This document shows positions 28,094 to 37,731 of a stretch of 64,000 bases of DNA, in pieces. This DNA is from Myxococcota bacterium (GTDB lineage Bacteria > Myxococcota_A > UBA9160 > UBA4427). The stretch covers positions 576,001-640,000 of the forward strand of contig OZ252299.1 of assembly GCA_965250285.1 (NCBI GenBank), in the 5' to 3' direction. Below the pieces are notes generated by a model. The model did no database searches. It was given only the letters and a program-made list of their open reading frames with translations, and was not told the DNA's origin. Both the position numbers and the translations under genes were made by a program. Within the stretch, counting starts at the first letter, position 1. Every line of letters begins with the position of its first letter.

Positions 28094-28885
28094 CTAGAGC
28101 GCGTCCATGGCGGCGTTCGCCACCTCGATGCAGCGGGCCATGTTGCGATCGAGGTCGATCGCCGACGGGCCCGGCCAGGGCGTGCGGTCGGATACGACGC
28201 AGATGCAGCCTGCGCGCAGGCCGAAGATCGAGGCCAGCGTGAGCAGCACGCCCGACTCCATCTCGCAGTTCAGCACGCCCGCTGCACGCATGTCGCGAAT
28301 GCGGGTCTCGAGGTGGCTCGGCCAGTAGCTGCCCACGCTCATCGAGGCCATGCCGCCGCCTTCGGTCGCGATGGCATTGCGCGCATAGAACGCGTCGAGT
28401 GACCACGTGGTGCCGACGTGATGCGTCGCCTCGGCCGCGACGGCGGCGTCTTCGAGTGCGGCGACCACGCGGTGGTGGGCCGCCGCGGGAAACTCGGGCA
28501 CCACGTACGTGCGGGACGTCCCGTCGTCGCGCACGGCACCGCGGGTGATTACGAGCTCGCCGAGCTGAAGCTCCGGGGCCAGGCCCCCACTGTTGCCGAT
28601 GCGGATCAGCGTGTGGCTGCCGAGCTTGGCGAGCTCTTCGACGAGGATCGCCGTGCTGGGCGCGCCGATGCCGGTCGAGGCGGCGCTCACGGGGCGGCCG
28701 CCGCGCTCTCCGGTCACGATGCGGTACTCGCGGGCTTCGCAGACGACGCGGGTCGAGCTCCAGCTCGCGGTGATGCGGTCGACCCGGGCCGGATCGCCGC
28801 AGAGAAAGACGTGCTCGGCGACGTCGCCGGGGCGGCAGCCGGTGATCGGCTGGGCTTCACCCGCGGCGTCGGAAGCATCGGACAT
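28094..28885 (-). CDS. Nucleoside phosphorylase (uridine phosphorylase-like)
   Basis: CGDPARV, REY, STGIGAPS, EELAKLG, IRIG, RDDGTS, NCEMES. Confidence 0.88.
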   Translation of the reverse strand: MSDASDAAGEAQPITGCRPGDVAEHVFLCGDPARVDRITASWSSTRVVCEAREYRIVTGERGGRPVSAASTGIGAPSTAILVEELAKLGSHTLIRIGNSGGLAPELQLGELVITRGAVRDDGTSRTYVVPEFPAAAHHRVVAALEDAAVAAEATHHVGTTWSLDAFYARNAIATEGGGMASMSVGSYWPSHLETRIRDMRAAGVLNCEMESGVLLTLASIFGLRAGCICVVSDRTPWPGPSAIDLDRNMARCIEVANAAMDAL

Positions 28886-29160
28886 GGTTTCGATTCTCCG
28901 TTTCTCACCCGGTGAGTGGGTGGGCTCGTATCCGGCGGGGGGGGTGGGCGCGTCGCCGCGGCCGGGGCGGCGTGAGCCTCCCATCTCGGACGCTCGACGG
29001 CAATCCCCCCAACCTCAAACCAGCGTTCGAAAACGGCGGGGGGCGCGGTGCCGTTCGGCCGCGGCTCGAGGCGTGCGGGCGGGTGCTCGGGCGGGTTGGA
29101 ACAAGCGTTCAGCGGCCCGCAAGCGATGCCGCAAATCTCGGATTCACGGGCAGAATTCGA

Positions 29161-29190
29161 TTGTTTTCCCGAGGAACCGCGTTGTATCGT
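29161..29190 (+). promoter_or_regulatory. Putative sigma70 promoter ahead of a long leader of the giant barrel gene
   Basis: TTGTTT-N18-TATCGT in an AT-rich patch. Confidence 0.35.
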
Positions 29191-29864
29191 GGATCGGATC
29201 CAACTCGTGGGGGGGAATCCTCCTCATCCGTCACGCGTCGCGTGGGCCTCGACTTCGGCGGACCGCAATCCAGGTGCGGTCCGACAAATAGTAAGAAGAA
29301 GAAGAGGCCGCGGGCCGTCTGCGGTGTACAGGTTATGGATCGGGCGTCGTGCTCGGGCGTTTCATCCCGATGCGGTGGGCCACGAAGACTTCCAGCGAAG
29401 TTCTTCGTCTGGAGAGGCCGACCGATGCGGGTGACACAACCCGAGTGAACCGCGCGCGAAGACTCCGTCGTCTTCGCAGGCGTACGACGCACGAACCGAG
29501 CCGGTCTCGCAGCCCGACACGCCCTCGTGACGCGGTGCTCGCCGGCCCCCGGCCGCCGAACGCCGACCGGATCGACGACGACGGTCGTCGATTGCGCGGG
29601 GATGCGGAGCTCGACCCACTGCGAGCTGGATCGTGGGGGAAAGCGCGCCTCGGCGAGTCGATTGCGGGCCGGCGAAACTCGAGCGTCGGCCTGACTCGTT
29701 GGACCCGATCCCGGCTGGGGGTCGCGTTCGCATCCGGCATGCCATCGGATGGACGTGATCTGCTGTTCGGTTCTCGGGGCCTTGGATGTCGGGCTCTCCC
29801 CTCCGGTTCCAACCGGGCGGCCACCGCGAGGTTGCGGTGATTCGGTCGGGCTGTTGGAGGGGTC

Positions 29865-32800
29865 ATGATCCAGTTCTTCTGTCGTTCGTTCGCCGGTGCG
29901 CACCCCCAGCGAACACGATGGGCCACCCGGGTTCTCGCGGTGTTGCTCCTGGCGTTCGGAGCGAGCTCAGGCGGTCTCCTGACCGCCCCGGGCGCGCAGG
30001 CGCTCGAAGCGCTCGATGGGCGTGTTCAGGCACACGGCTTCGTCGAGATGCAGCTGCGCACCATCAGCAAGAACTACACGGGCAACTGGGATCTCGTGCA
30101 GTGGTACAACATCTTCAACCTCGAGCTCGAGGTGGATCTGCTCCAGGACACGATCGGCCCCCTCGACCTCGTCTCGGGCTACGTGCGCGTCGAGGCGCGC
30201 TTCGACTGCATCTACAGCCGCGGCTGCGGCATGGTCAAGCCGGTCAACACTTTCGGCAATCGCGCACGCAGCCTCCCGACTCGGTTGATGGACGGCGACA
30301 CGTTCACGACCGCCGGCCAGATCACGCTCACCGACGACGGCCCGATCGCGCGCCCCGATCGAAACCCGCTCGCGTTCCAGGAGGTGCCGGGCTTCGAGGG
30401 TCTCTACGGCGAGGAGCCCGAAGATCAGATCGGCCCCGGCGCGCTGCTGCGCCCCGAGCTCATGCAGTGCACGACCTCCGACTGCAGCCCGGCCAACGCC
30501 GTATGGCGCCCGTGGAATGCCCCGACGCGATTCTGGAAGGCCGATCGCAACCAGAAGTGGGCGTCGACCAGCGGGCAACCGTGGGAGACGATCGACGACG
30601 GCACCCAGGGCTCGCCGTTTCTCGTCAACAACTACGCCTTCGAGGATTTTCGCTTCGCGACGATCCCGGTGATCGGCGGCGCACAGACCGGTCACGCCCA
30701 GCAGATCTTCGGCCCCTGGCTGCCCGAGAACTTCGTCGAGCCGAACGCCGCGATGGCCGACATCGCGAACCCCCTCGACCAGTCACGCGTGTCGCCCGCC
30801 AGTCTCTCGTTCGGCGCCGGCGGCTCGCCGTATCGCCCGATTCCGATCTACCGCGAGGACAACCCCGAGCGCAGCCAGATCTACATTCGCGATCTGCGGC
30901 CGTTCACCGACCCGAACCCCGAGCGCGACGCGAACGGCGACCCGCTCGACGACAAGTTCAACGACTACGACGACACCTTCGGCTGGCAGGTGGTCAACCC
31001 GAATGCGCTCGATCGGCGCACGTTCAACGATCGTGCGGCGGCCGCGAACGAGGCGCGAGGCATCTTCGTGCCGTCGGCGCCGCTGCGGGCCGCCCTCGCC
31101 GAGGGCAACCTCGACACCTACAACTTCAACTTCACCCAACAGCAGCGCGCCTTCAATCGCGGCGCCGCGCAGCAGGACGAAGGCGAGCTCAAAGAGGCCT
31201 ACCTCGACATCGAGATGTTCGACAGCCGACTGTGGATGCGCGTCGGCAAGCAGACCATCGTCTGGGGCAAGACCGAGCTCTTCCGCACGACCGATCAGTT
31301 CAACCCGCAGGATCTCGCGCTCGCCAATCTGCCGAGCCTCGAAGAGTCGCGCATCGCGCTCTGGGCGTGGCGCGGCGTGTGGTCGTTCTACGAAGTCGGC
31401 CCGCTCTCCGACGTGCGCGCCGAGCTGGCGTTCAACTTCGACGAGTTCGAATCGGCCGATCTCGGCGCCTGCGGCGAGCCCTTCACGATCAACATCGTCT
31501 GCCAGCTGACCTTCGGCGCCATGGCGCACGGCTTCACCGGCATCGGCGTGGTCGGTCAGGAGCAGCCGCCGAACCCGTGGGACAGCCTCAAGGGCTGGGA
31601 GATCGGCGGCCGCCTCGAGTTTCGCTGGGACCGGTTCAGCTTCGCGATCACCGACTTCTACGGCTACGACGACTTTCCGCACGTGCGCCGCCTGTCGACC
31701 TACAACCGCAACGTCGACTGGCGCACCGGTCGCCCCCGCGTCTACATGCACAGCGAGCAGGATCTGCAGCTGTCGTTCGACGGCACGGTCGGTCGCGGCT
31801 GCGCGACGCCGACCGATCCCGGCATTCCGACGACGGGCGGCGTGATCGACAACAGCGCGAGCGCGACCCCCGGCTATGTCGAATACGACGGGGCCGAGAA
31901 CGCGGGCTGCCTGACGCCCGGTTCGTCGAATCGCATGGTCGACTCGGCCGGCAAGCCCTACCAGGTGCCCTTCGGCACGCCCGACTCGCGCGACAATCCG
32001 TGGGGCAAGTACTCCACGCAGTTCTGGAACGACACGTCGCGCGCAGACGCCAACGACCCCCGCCCCGACTGCTTCGAGGGGACGGGCGGCTCGAACAACG
32101 TGTCGCCCGACTGCCTCGCGCTGGCCGACTACGATCCCCGGTACGACCCGAACAACACGCTCGCCAACAACTACGGCACGTCGCAAGGTCGACTCGATGC
32201 CCGCTTCATCAGCGACCTCAACCCGGCCTGGTTGAACTCGTACGACCCGACCCTGCGGTACGACCCGCGCAACGCACTCGAGCAGTCGCCGACCAACCTG
32301 TCGGTGTTCAACTGGGTCTGCGCTTCGACCGTGGGCTTCAGCGAGCTCGACCCCTCGGCCTGCGCCACGACGGTCTTCAGCTCGCAGCGCTACTCGCGGG
32401 GCGTGCAGAACCCGGTGTCGTATCTGCTCGCCGGCGTGATCAGCGGCTCGCAGAACATCAACGTGGCGCTCTCGGGGGCCAGCGCGAACGAGTCGCTCTC
32501 GTACTTCACCAGCATCCCGCAGCTCATGGGCATCCCCTTCATGCGGCTGCACGTCGACACCATCGCCGAGGTCGACGACGAGGCGACACCCAACCTGAAC
32601 GAGGCGCTCTTCACCTACGATCGCCGCGCCCAGTGGGCGGTCGAGACGGGTGTGGCCGGCGCGGCCGCCGACCTCGACCAGATGCTGATCCGCGCGCGTG
32701 AGGGCGAGAGCTACAACTGCCTGTCGCGCGGCTTCACCCAGGCTTCGGCGCTCACCGGTCAGGCGGTGCTCTGCGGCGGCTATGCCTGGCGCGGCACGGG

Positions 32801-35588
32801 CGTCGACACGCGCTCGCAGGTCGTCGGCCACATCTCGCGCGGGTTCGCGCCCGAGCAGGAGGCGCTGCTCGGCTGCGGGCCCTACTTCGGGACGAGCTGT
32901 GACGCGAACGGCGTCGACCTGCTCTGGGCCGAGGGCAGCGCGCTGCTGCAGTCGGCGATCGGTAACGACTCGATTGGCATCGCCTTCAGCGATCTGGGCA
33001 TCCAGGATCTCGTGCCCGAGATCTACGGCGACCGGCTGATGGACAACGGCAGCATCCCGCTCGAGTACCGCACCGACGGCCGCGTGATCGGTGTCGATGG
33101 TCAGCTGATCCGCATCAACGAGACGACGGGGCTGCCCGAGCTCGGCACCGCCGAGGGCGCGGCGACGGGCTTCGTCGGTCGAAACGGCCAGGCGATCGGT
33201 CATGACGGCAACGACTGCAATCTGACGTACGAGCCGTTCAATGTCGATCCGACCACGCAGGAGCAGCGCCTGCGGACGGCCGCCGCCAACCGCTTCAACT
33301 CGCGCTGCTGGGATCGCCGCGAGTACTTCGTGGTGAACGGCATCCAGCCGGGCACGTCGGCCTTCGAGATCCAGGGGCTCGGCGGGCCGAAGTGCACGAC
33401 CGCCGACATCGGCGGGCCGCAGGGCGCCTCGGGCATCCTGCCCGGCTGCCGCAACAAGTGGGCAACGATCCGCTACAACCGCGTGCTGCAGCCGGGCGAG
33501 GGCGAGTACCACCCGAACAACCCGCTCGCCGAGTACGTCGGCAACAACTATCTCGGTACGGTGGGCGACCCGACCGGGCAGCGCACCGACTACCAGCAGA
33601 TCGACCTCGCGGCCCAGTTTGGCTGGTGCCCGGCAAGCGACCCCGACTGCAACGTAAACGCCCCCGACGGCCGGCTGGTGACGCTGACGGGTGGCCAGGT
33701 CGATCCCACGGGTCGCGCGACCACGGGTTCGGGTCTCAACTGGGGCGTGTACTCGCCCGGCCAGGTGCCCGGCTGCGACGTCGCGGGCTCCGAGGACGAT
33801 CCCCGCTGCTACCTCGCCGGCTGGGTGCAGACCACCGACGGCGACCCCGACCGACTGGGCGTGCTCTTCCCCGACGAGGGCGCGATCGACTTTCCGCAGG
33901 TCTTCCAGGCGACCGGCGGCTTCGACTTCGGCACCGGGCCCGAGGATCTCGGCACCTGGGTCACGAACATCGTGCAGCGCGACTACGTGAACATTCGCGC
34001 CGGCACGCCCTTCGGCGCCGATCCGTCGGGCTGCACCGAGATGCAGGCCTGGGTCTGGATGCAGCGCGTCGCCGACGAGCACGGCGGCGGCTACATCAAC
34101 CACGCCGAATGTACGTCGGTCAAGACGGGCATCGGGGCGGGCCATCCCTTCACCGGTGAGAGCTGGTCGAGCGAGGTCGCGGGCCTCTCCTTCAACTTCA
34201 TGATGCTGCTGGTCGCCTTCTCGCCCGAGTTCGCCGACGGCATCGCGAGCGTGCGCGGCTTCGTCGACCCCGCGACGTACGACGCGAAGCTCTACTCGGA
34301 CCAGCCGCTGACGTCGGACGACGCGAACTTCGATCGGCGCGACAGCGTGGCCGAGTCGGGCATCGACGATCAGCTGTTGCCGTGCCCGGTGACGGAGACG
34401 AACTGCAGCCGCCTGCAGCGCGACCCCGATCTGCCGAACGTGCTCGACGTCTTTCCCGATCTGAAGTGGTACGAGCAGCAGTCGCCCTGGGCCTTCCGCG
34501 AGAACGCGGCCCGGCGCCTTCGCCTCGGCACGTCGGCGGGGCAGAACATCGACGCGATCGGCGCGGGCGCCGCCGAGATCGCGCGCGGCTCGGACGGCAA
34601 GATCTTCAGCCAGGGCGAGAACGGCGGGCGACACCGCTGGCGCGGCCTGATCCACACCATGCTCTGGGACTACGCCTTCACGGGCAGCGAAAACCAGCTC
34701 ATGGCGTTGATCCCGAAGTGCACCGACGAGCGGGCCACCCAGGCGCGCATGATCCAGGGCAGCGTCAAGTTCGTGAACCCGTCGCGCATCGACTGCCGCG
34801 AGGGCTCGGCAGGTGAGACGCTCGGCAGCGAGCGCTGCACCTTCGTCACGCCGCAGCACTGCTCGCTGGTGCAGGCGCTGTACAGCGTGGCCGGTCAGAA
34901 GCGCAACATCATGCGCGCGGGCGGCAACGGCACCTTCGGTCGCCGGACGATGCAGTGGCAGTCGGGCAGCGAGGTCTACCTGAGCTATGAGAAGCGCAAC
35001 GTGCTCGGCTTCTCGATGGACTTCGCGGAGGACTTCACGAAATCGAATTGGTCGACCGAGTTCACGTTCATCAAGGGCATCCCGACGGCCGACGCGAACT
35101 CGTACGAGCTGAACACCCGCACCGATACCTACAACCTGACGGTCTCGGTGGATCGACCGACCTTCGTCAACTTCCTGAACTCGAACCGCACGATCTTCAT
35201 CAACTCGCAGTGGTTCTTCCAGTACCGCAGCAACTACAACAGCGGCATGGGCCCGAACGGGCCGTGGAACACGCTGGCGACGCTGTCGGCCTTCACGGGC
35301 TACTTCCAGGATCGCCTCAACCCGGCCATCACCGGCGTGTACGACTTCCGGTCGCGCTCGGGCGCGGCGCTGCCGTCGATCAACTACCGCTTCAGCGAGG
35401 CGTTCTCGATCACGGTCGGCGCGTCGATCTTCTTCGGTCGACAGCAGCTGCAGCCGATGCAGGTGAACCCGATCGGGCCTGCGATCGAGCGCGGCGGCGT
35501 GACCCCGTATCAGGACGGCTTCTTCGGCGGTCTGTCGCTGATCAAGGATCGCGACGAGGTCTACATGACGCTGCGGTACACGTTCTGA
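29865..35588 (+). CDS. Giant DUF1302-like outer-membrane beta-barrel protein with large Cys-rich insertions (1907 aa)
   Basis: GGAGG RBS; signal peptide ending AQA; ELKEAYLD...RVGKQTIVWG...DQFNPQD; amphipathic strands; C-terminal beta-signal YMTLRYTF. Confidence 0.8.
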   Translation: MIQFFCRSFAGAHPQRTRWATRVLAVLLLAFGASSGGLLTAPGAQALEALDGRVQAHGFVEMQLRTISKNYTGNWDLVQWYNIFNLELEVDLLQDTIGPLDLVSGYVRVEARFDCIYSRGCGMVKPVNTFGNRARSLPTRLMDGDTFTTAGQITLTDDGPIARPDRNPLAFQEVPGFEGLYGEEPEDQIGPGALLRPELMQCTTSDCSPANAVWRPWNAPTRFWKADRNQKWASTSGQPWETIDDGTQGSPFLVNNYAFEDFRFATIPVIGGAQTGHAQQIFGPWLPENFVEPNAAMADIANPLDQSRVSPASLSFGAGGSPYRPIPIYREDNPERSQIYIRDLRPFTDPNPERDANGDPLDDKFNDYDDTFGWQVVNPNALDRRTFNDRAAAANEARGIFVPSAPLRAALAEGNLDTYNFNFTQQQRAFNRGAAQQDEGELKEAYLDIEMFDSRLWMRVGKQTIVWGKTELFRTTDQFNPQDLALANLPSLEESRIALWAWRGVWSFYEVGPLSDVRAELAFNFDEFESADLGACGEPFTINIVCQLTFGAMAHGFTGIGVVGQEQPPNPWDSLKGWEIGGRLEFRWDRFSFAITDFYGYDDFPHVRRLSTYNRNVDWRTGRPRVYMHSEQDLQLSFDGTVGRGCATPTDPGIPTTGGVIDNSASATPGYVEYDGAENAGCLTPGSSNRMVDSAGKPYQVPFGTPDSRDNPWGKYSTQFWNDTSRADANDPRPDCFEGTGGSNNVSPDCLALADYDPRYDPNNTLANNYGTSQGRLDARFISDLNPAWLNSYDPTLRYDPRNALEQSPTNLSVFNWVCASTVGFSELDPSACATTVFSSQRYSRGVQNPVSYLLAGVISGSQNINVALSGASANESLSYFTSIPQLMGIPFMRLHVDTIAEVDDEATPNLNEALFTYDRRAQWAVETGVAGAAADLDQMLIRAREGESYNCLSRGFTQASALTGQAVLCGGYAWRGTGVDTRSQVVGHISRGFAPEQEALLGCGPYFGTSCDANGVDLLWAEGSALLQSAIGNDSIGIAFSDLGIQDLVPEIYGDRLMDNGSIPLEYRTDGRVIGVDGQLIRINETTGLPELGTAEGAATGFVGRNGQAIGHDGNDCNLTYEPFNVDPTTQEQRLRTAAANRFNSRCWDRREYFVVNGIQPGTSAFEIQGLGGPKCTTADIGGPQGASGILPGCRNKWATIRYNRVLQPGEGEYHPNNPLAEYVGNNYLGTVGDPTGQRTDYQQIDLAAQFGWCPASDPDCNVNAPDGRLVTLTGGQVDPTGRATTGSGLNWGVYSPGQVPGCDVAGSEDDPRCYLAGWVQTTDGDPDRLGVLFPDEGAIDFPQVFQATGGFDFGTGPEDLGTWVTNIVQRDYVNIRAGTPFGADPSGCTEMQAWVWMQRVADEHGGGYINHAECTSVKTGIGAGHPFTGESWSSEVAGLSFNFMMLLVAFSPEFADGIASVRGFVDPATYDAKLYSDQPLTSDDANFDRRDSVAESGIDDQLLPCPVTETNCSRLQRDPDLPNVLDVFPDLKWYEQQSPWAFRENAARRLRLGTSAGQNIDAIGAGAAEIARGSDGKIFSQGENGGRHRWRGLIHTMLWDYAFTGSENQLMALIPKCTDERATQARMIQGSVKFVNPSRIDCREGSAGETLGSERCTFVTPQHCSLVQALYSVAGQKRNIMRAGGNGTFGRRTMQWQSGSEVYLSYEKRNVLGFSMDFAEDFTKSNWSTEFTFIKGIPTADANSYELNTRTDTYNLTVSVDRPTFVNFLNSNRTIFINSQWFFQYRSNYNSGMGPNGPWNTLATLSAFTGYFQDRLNPAITGVYDFRSRSGAALPSINYRFSEAFSITVGASIFFGRQQLQPMQVNPIGPAIERGGVTPYQDGFFGGLSLIKDRDEVYMTLRYTF

Positions 35589-35611
35589 CGCCACCCCGAT
35601 CCGGATCGGCC

Positions 35612-35652
35612 CGCCCGCCCTCGCTGCCCGGCAGCGGGGGCGGGCGTCGTTT
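35612..35652 (+). terminator. Intrinsic terminator-like hairpin after the barrel gene
   Basis: CGCCCGCCCTCGCTGC-CCG-GCAGCGGGGGCGGGCG followed by TCGTTT. Confidence 0.65.
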
Positions 35653-36030
35653 GCGGTGCCGCGAGAGGCGCGCGGAGGTCGTCTCGAGGGATGCTCTGCA
35701 GAACTCGCTCCACGCATGTTGGAACAGCTCTGGGCGGCGACCTCGATGACGCGATGCGACCCAAACCGATGCCACCAGAAGCGAGTGCTGCGCACCAACC
35801 GAAGCGTCCCGAGGCCGGGGCAGGCGGGGGTACCGCGCGCAGTTCGCAGGCGCGCTGGGTGCAGCATGCGAGTTTCCCTGATGGGTCGCGCCGAGAATGT
35901 CTGAGCACGGTGCCCCCGCCTGCCCCGGCCCTGGCACGGCAGACCGGGCAGAGGTTCCCTATCGGGACCGGGGGACGCGCGCGCGGGGTCGTCTCTTTGC
36001 GGGGCCGGGTGACGCGCGCGGCGGTCGTCG

Positions 36031-37518
36031 TCAGCGGCCGCGCAGCAGCGAGTCGGACGACATCAGCTGCCGCCGATCGTCGTCGCTCCAGGGCAGGCTG
36101 CGCACGTCGAAGCTCTCGCGGATCCATCCCCCCTCGCCATCGAGGGCGTTGAAGAACGCGGCGGCCACCGGCTCGAGCACGTGGGCCTGGCTGCCGCCCG
36201 GCCACTCGGGGTACTGGGGGATGTCATCGCTGTAGCGGTGGGCGAAGACACCGATCTCGACGAGGCGGCGTCGGTCGGTGCGTGAGATCCAGTAGAGCGG
36301 GTGCTGGGTCTGTTCGTCGAGATAGATCGTGATCGTGCGGATCGTCTCGTTCTTGCGCTTGAGCGCGCCCTCGATCACGACCGCCGAGCGTACGTCCCAG
36401 CGGTCGCTCGCGAGAGAGAGCCCCGAGTAGCCGTAGAGCCGCTCTTCCTCGATCGGATAGCCCGACTGATTGCTGTTGATCGGCGCGATGACGACGGTGC
36501 GGCCGCGCACGCGCCAGACGAACGCGTTGGGGCGAAGCTCGAGCCCCGTGAAGCCGATGCGCGCGTCCTCGGTCTCGCCGATGTTGATGCCGGCGCCGGG
36601 GTTCACCGCGCCGGTGCCCACCGCGATGCCCCCGCCTCCGGACTGGCCCGACCACGTGAACCTCGGCGTATAGAAGCCGTCGACCCAGTTCGTTGCGGCC
36701 CGGCGCACCTTCCGCATCGACGGCACGTAGACGAAGATGTCGTCGGGCTCTTCCCAGCGCCGCGCGCTCTTCTCGACGCGGTACTGGCGCCAGGCGAGGC
36801 CGCGGGCGGCGAAGGGGTGGCTGAACGATCCCGCGCCCACCCAGAGCCGATCCTTCGCCTCGGGTACGGCATAGCCCTGCTCCCACAGATCGGCGCGCTC
36901 CTTCAGCTTGAGCAGGCTGAACTCGCCGCGATAGGTCTGGGTGCGGCCGAGGCCGCTCGCGTGGCTGCGAATGCGCATGCGACCGCGATGGCCCGCCCCG
37001 CGGTAGCGCTTCTCGAAGTTCCAGGCCCAGCGCAGGCCCGCGGTGCTGTCGTCGTCGGCGAACGTGTCGGGGGGGAAGGGCTGGCCCGCCGTGTAGTTCT
37101 CGAGGTTGCCGTGCTTGTCGAGCTTCGGCTGCCCCTTGAACTGCTCGGTCGCCGAGCGGTAGGCCTTCGGGATGATGAAGCGGCGGTGGCACGGGCCGAT
37201 CTCCATCTGCATGCCTTCGAAGAAGAAGACCTCGCGGAACTTCCACAGCTCGGAGGGAAGCAGGGTGCGCAGCGCGAGCAGTGAATCCTTGTCGATCGTC
37301 ATGCCGGGCTCGATGACGACCGGGGCGGCGTCCTCTTGCGTCTGCCCGTCTTCGCTCGTCGCCTGAAGCGTGGGGCAGTCGCCCTCGTCGGGCGTCGCCG
37401 ACGCGGCCTGCGCCGCGAGCAGGGCCCACGCTGCGGCGAGGGCGGCACGCCAGAACGAAGAGCGGCGCGCGCATCGCCGGCGCGGCTGCGCAGCGAGTTG
37501 GGGGCGGGTCGTCGGCAC
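36031..37518 (-). CDS. DUF1329-like periplasmic protein
   Basis: GGAGGAG RBS with GTG 37518; signal peptide; ATE..GQ..LD..G.L.NY.AG.PFP, WAWN, DD.FVYVPSMRKVRR. Confidence 0.8.
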   Translation of the reverse strand: MPTTRPQLAAQPRRRCARRSSFWRAALAAAWALLAAQAASATPDEGDCPTLQATSEDGQTQEDAAPVVIEPGMTIDKDSLLALRTLLPSELWKFREVFFFEGMQMEIGPCHRRFIIPKAYRSATEQFKGQPKLDKHGNLENYTAGQPFPPDTFADDDSTAGLRWAWNFEKRYRGAGHRGRMRIRSHASGLGRTQTYRGEFSLLKLKERADLWEQGYAVPEAKDRLWVGAGSFSHPFAARGLAWRQYRVEKSARRWEEPDDIFVYVPSMRKVRRAATNWVDGFYTPRFTWSGQSGGGGIAVGTGAVNPGAGINIGETEDARIGFTGLELRPNAFVWRVRGRTVVIAPINSNQSGYPIEEERLYGYSGLSLASDRWDVRSAVVIEGALKRKNETIRTITIYLDEQTQHPLYWISRTDRRRLVEIGVFAHRYSDDIPQYPEWPGGSQAHVLEPVAAAFFNALDGEGGWIRESFDVRSLPWSDDDRRQLMSSDSLLRGR

Positions 37519-37731
37519 GGGCTCCTCCCGGGGTGCTTCGGCGCGCCTCGGCGCTCGGCGGACGAGCGAGTCTACCGGTCGCGGCGCGCCCGCGCGTGGG
37601 TGGCGGGGCAACCCTGCGGGCGTGACGCGAGGGCGGACGGGGGACGGGTCGAGGTTGCCCGCATGACGCGAGGGCGTGCCGGGTGGGTCGGGCTACCCTG
37701 CCGGGGCCTTCGAAGCGCCGGAGCCCAATCC

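Noticed and set aside
29865..35588. Multiheme cytochrome or porin-cytochrome fusion
   Set aside because: Many Cys but no CxxCH motif
30783..35867. 1694-aa antisense ORF opposite the barrel gene (also 45108-48332, 17686-20700, 22314-25250, 1189-2268 and similar)
   Set aside because: Shadow ORFs expected in high-GC DNA with strong codon bias; no recognisable motifs and they overlap well-supported genes
35931..35950. Sigma54 site at CTGGCACGG
   Set aside because: No GC at the -12 position, and it lies between convergent genes
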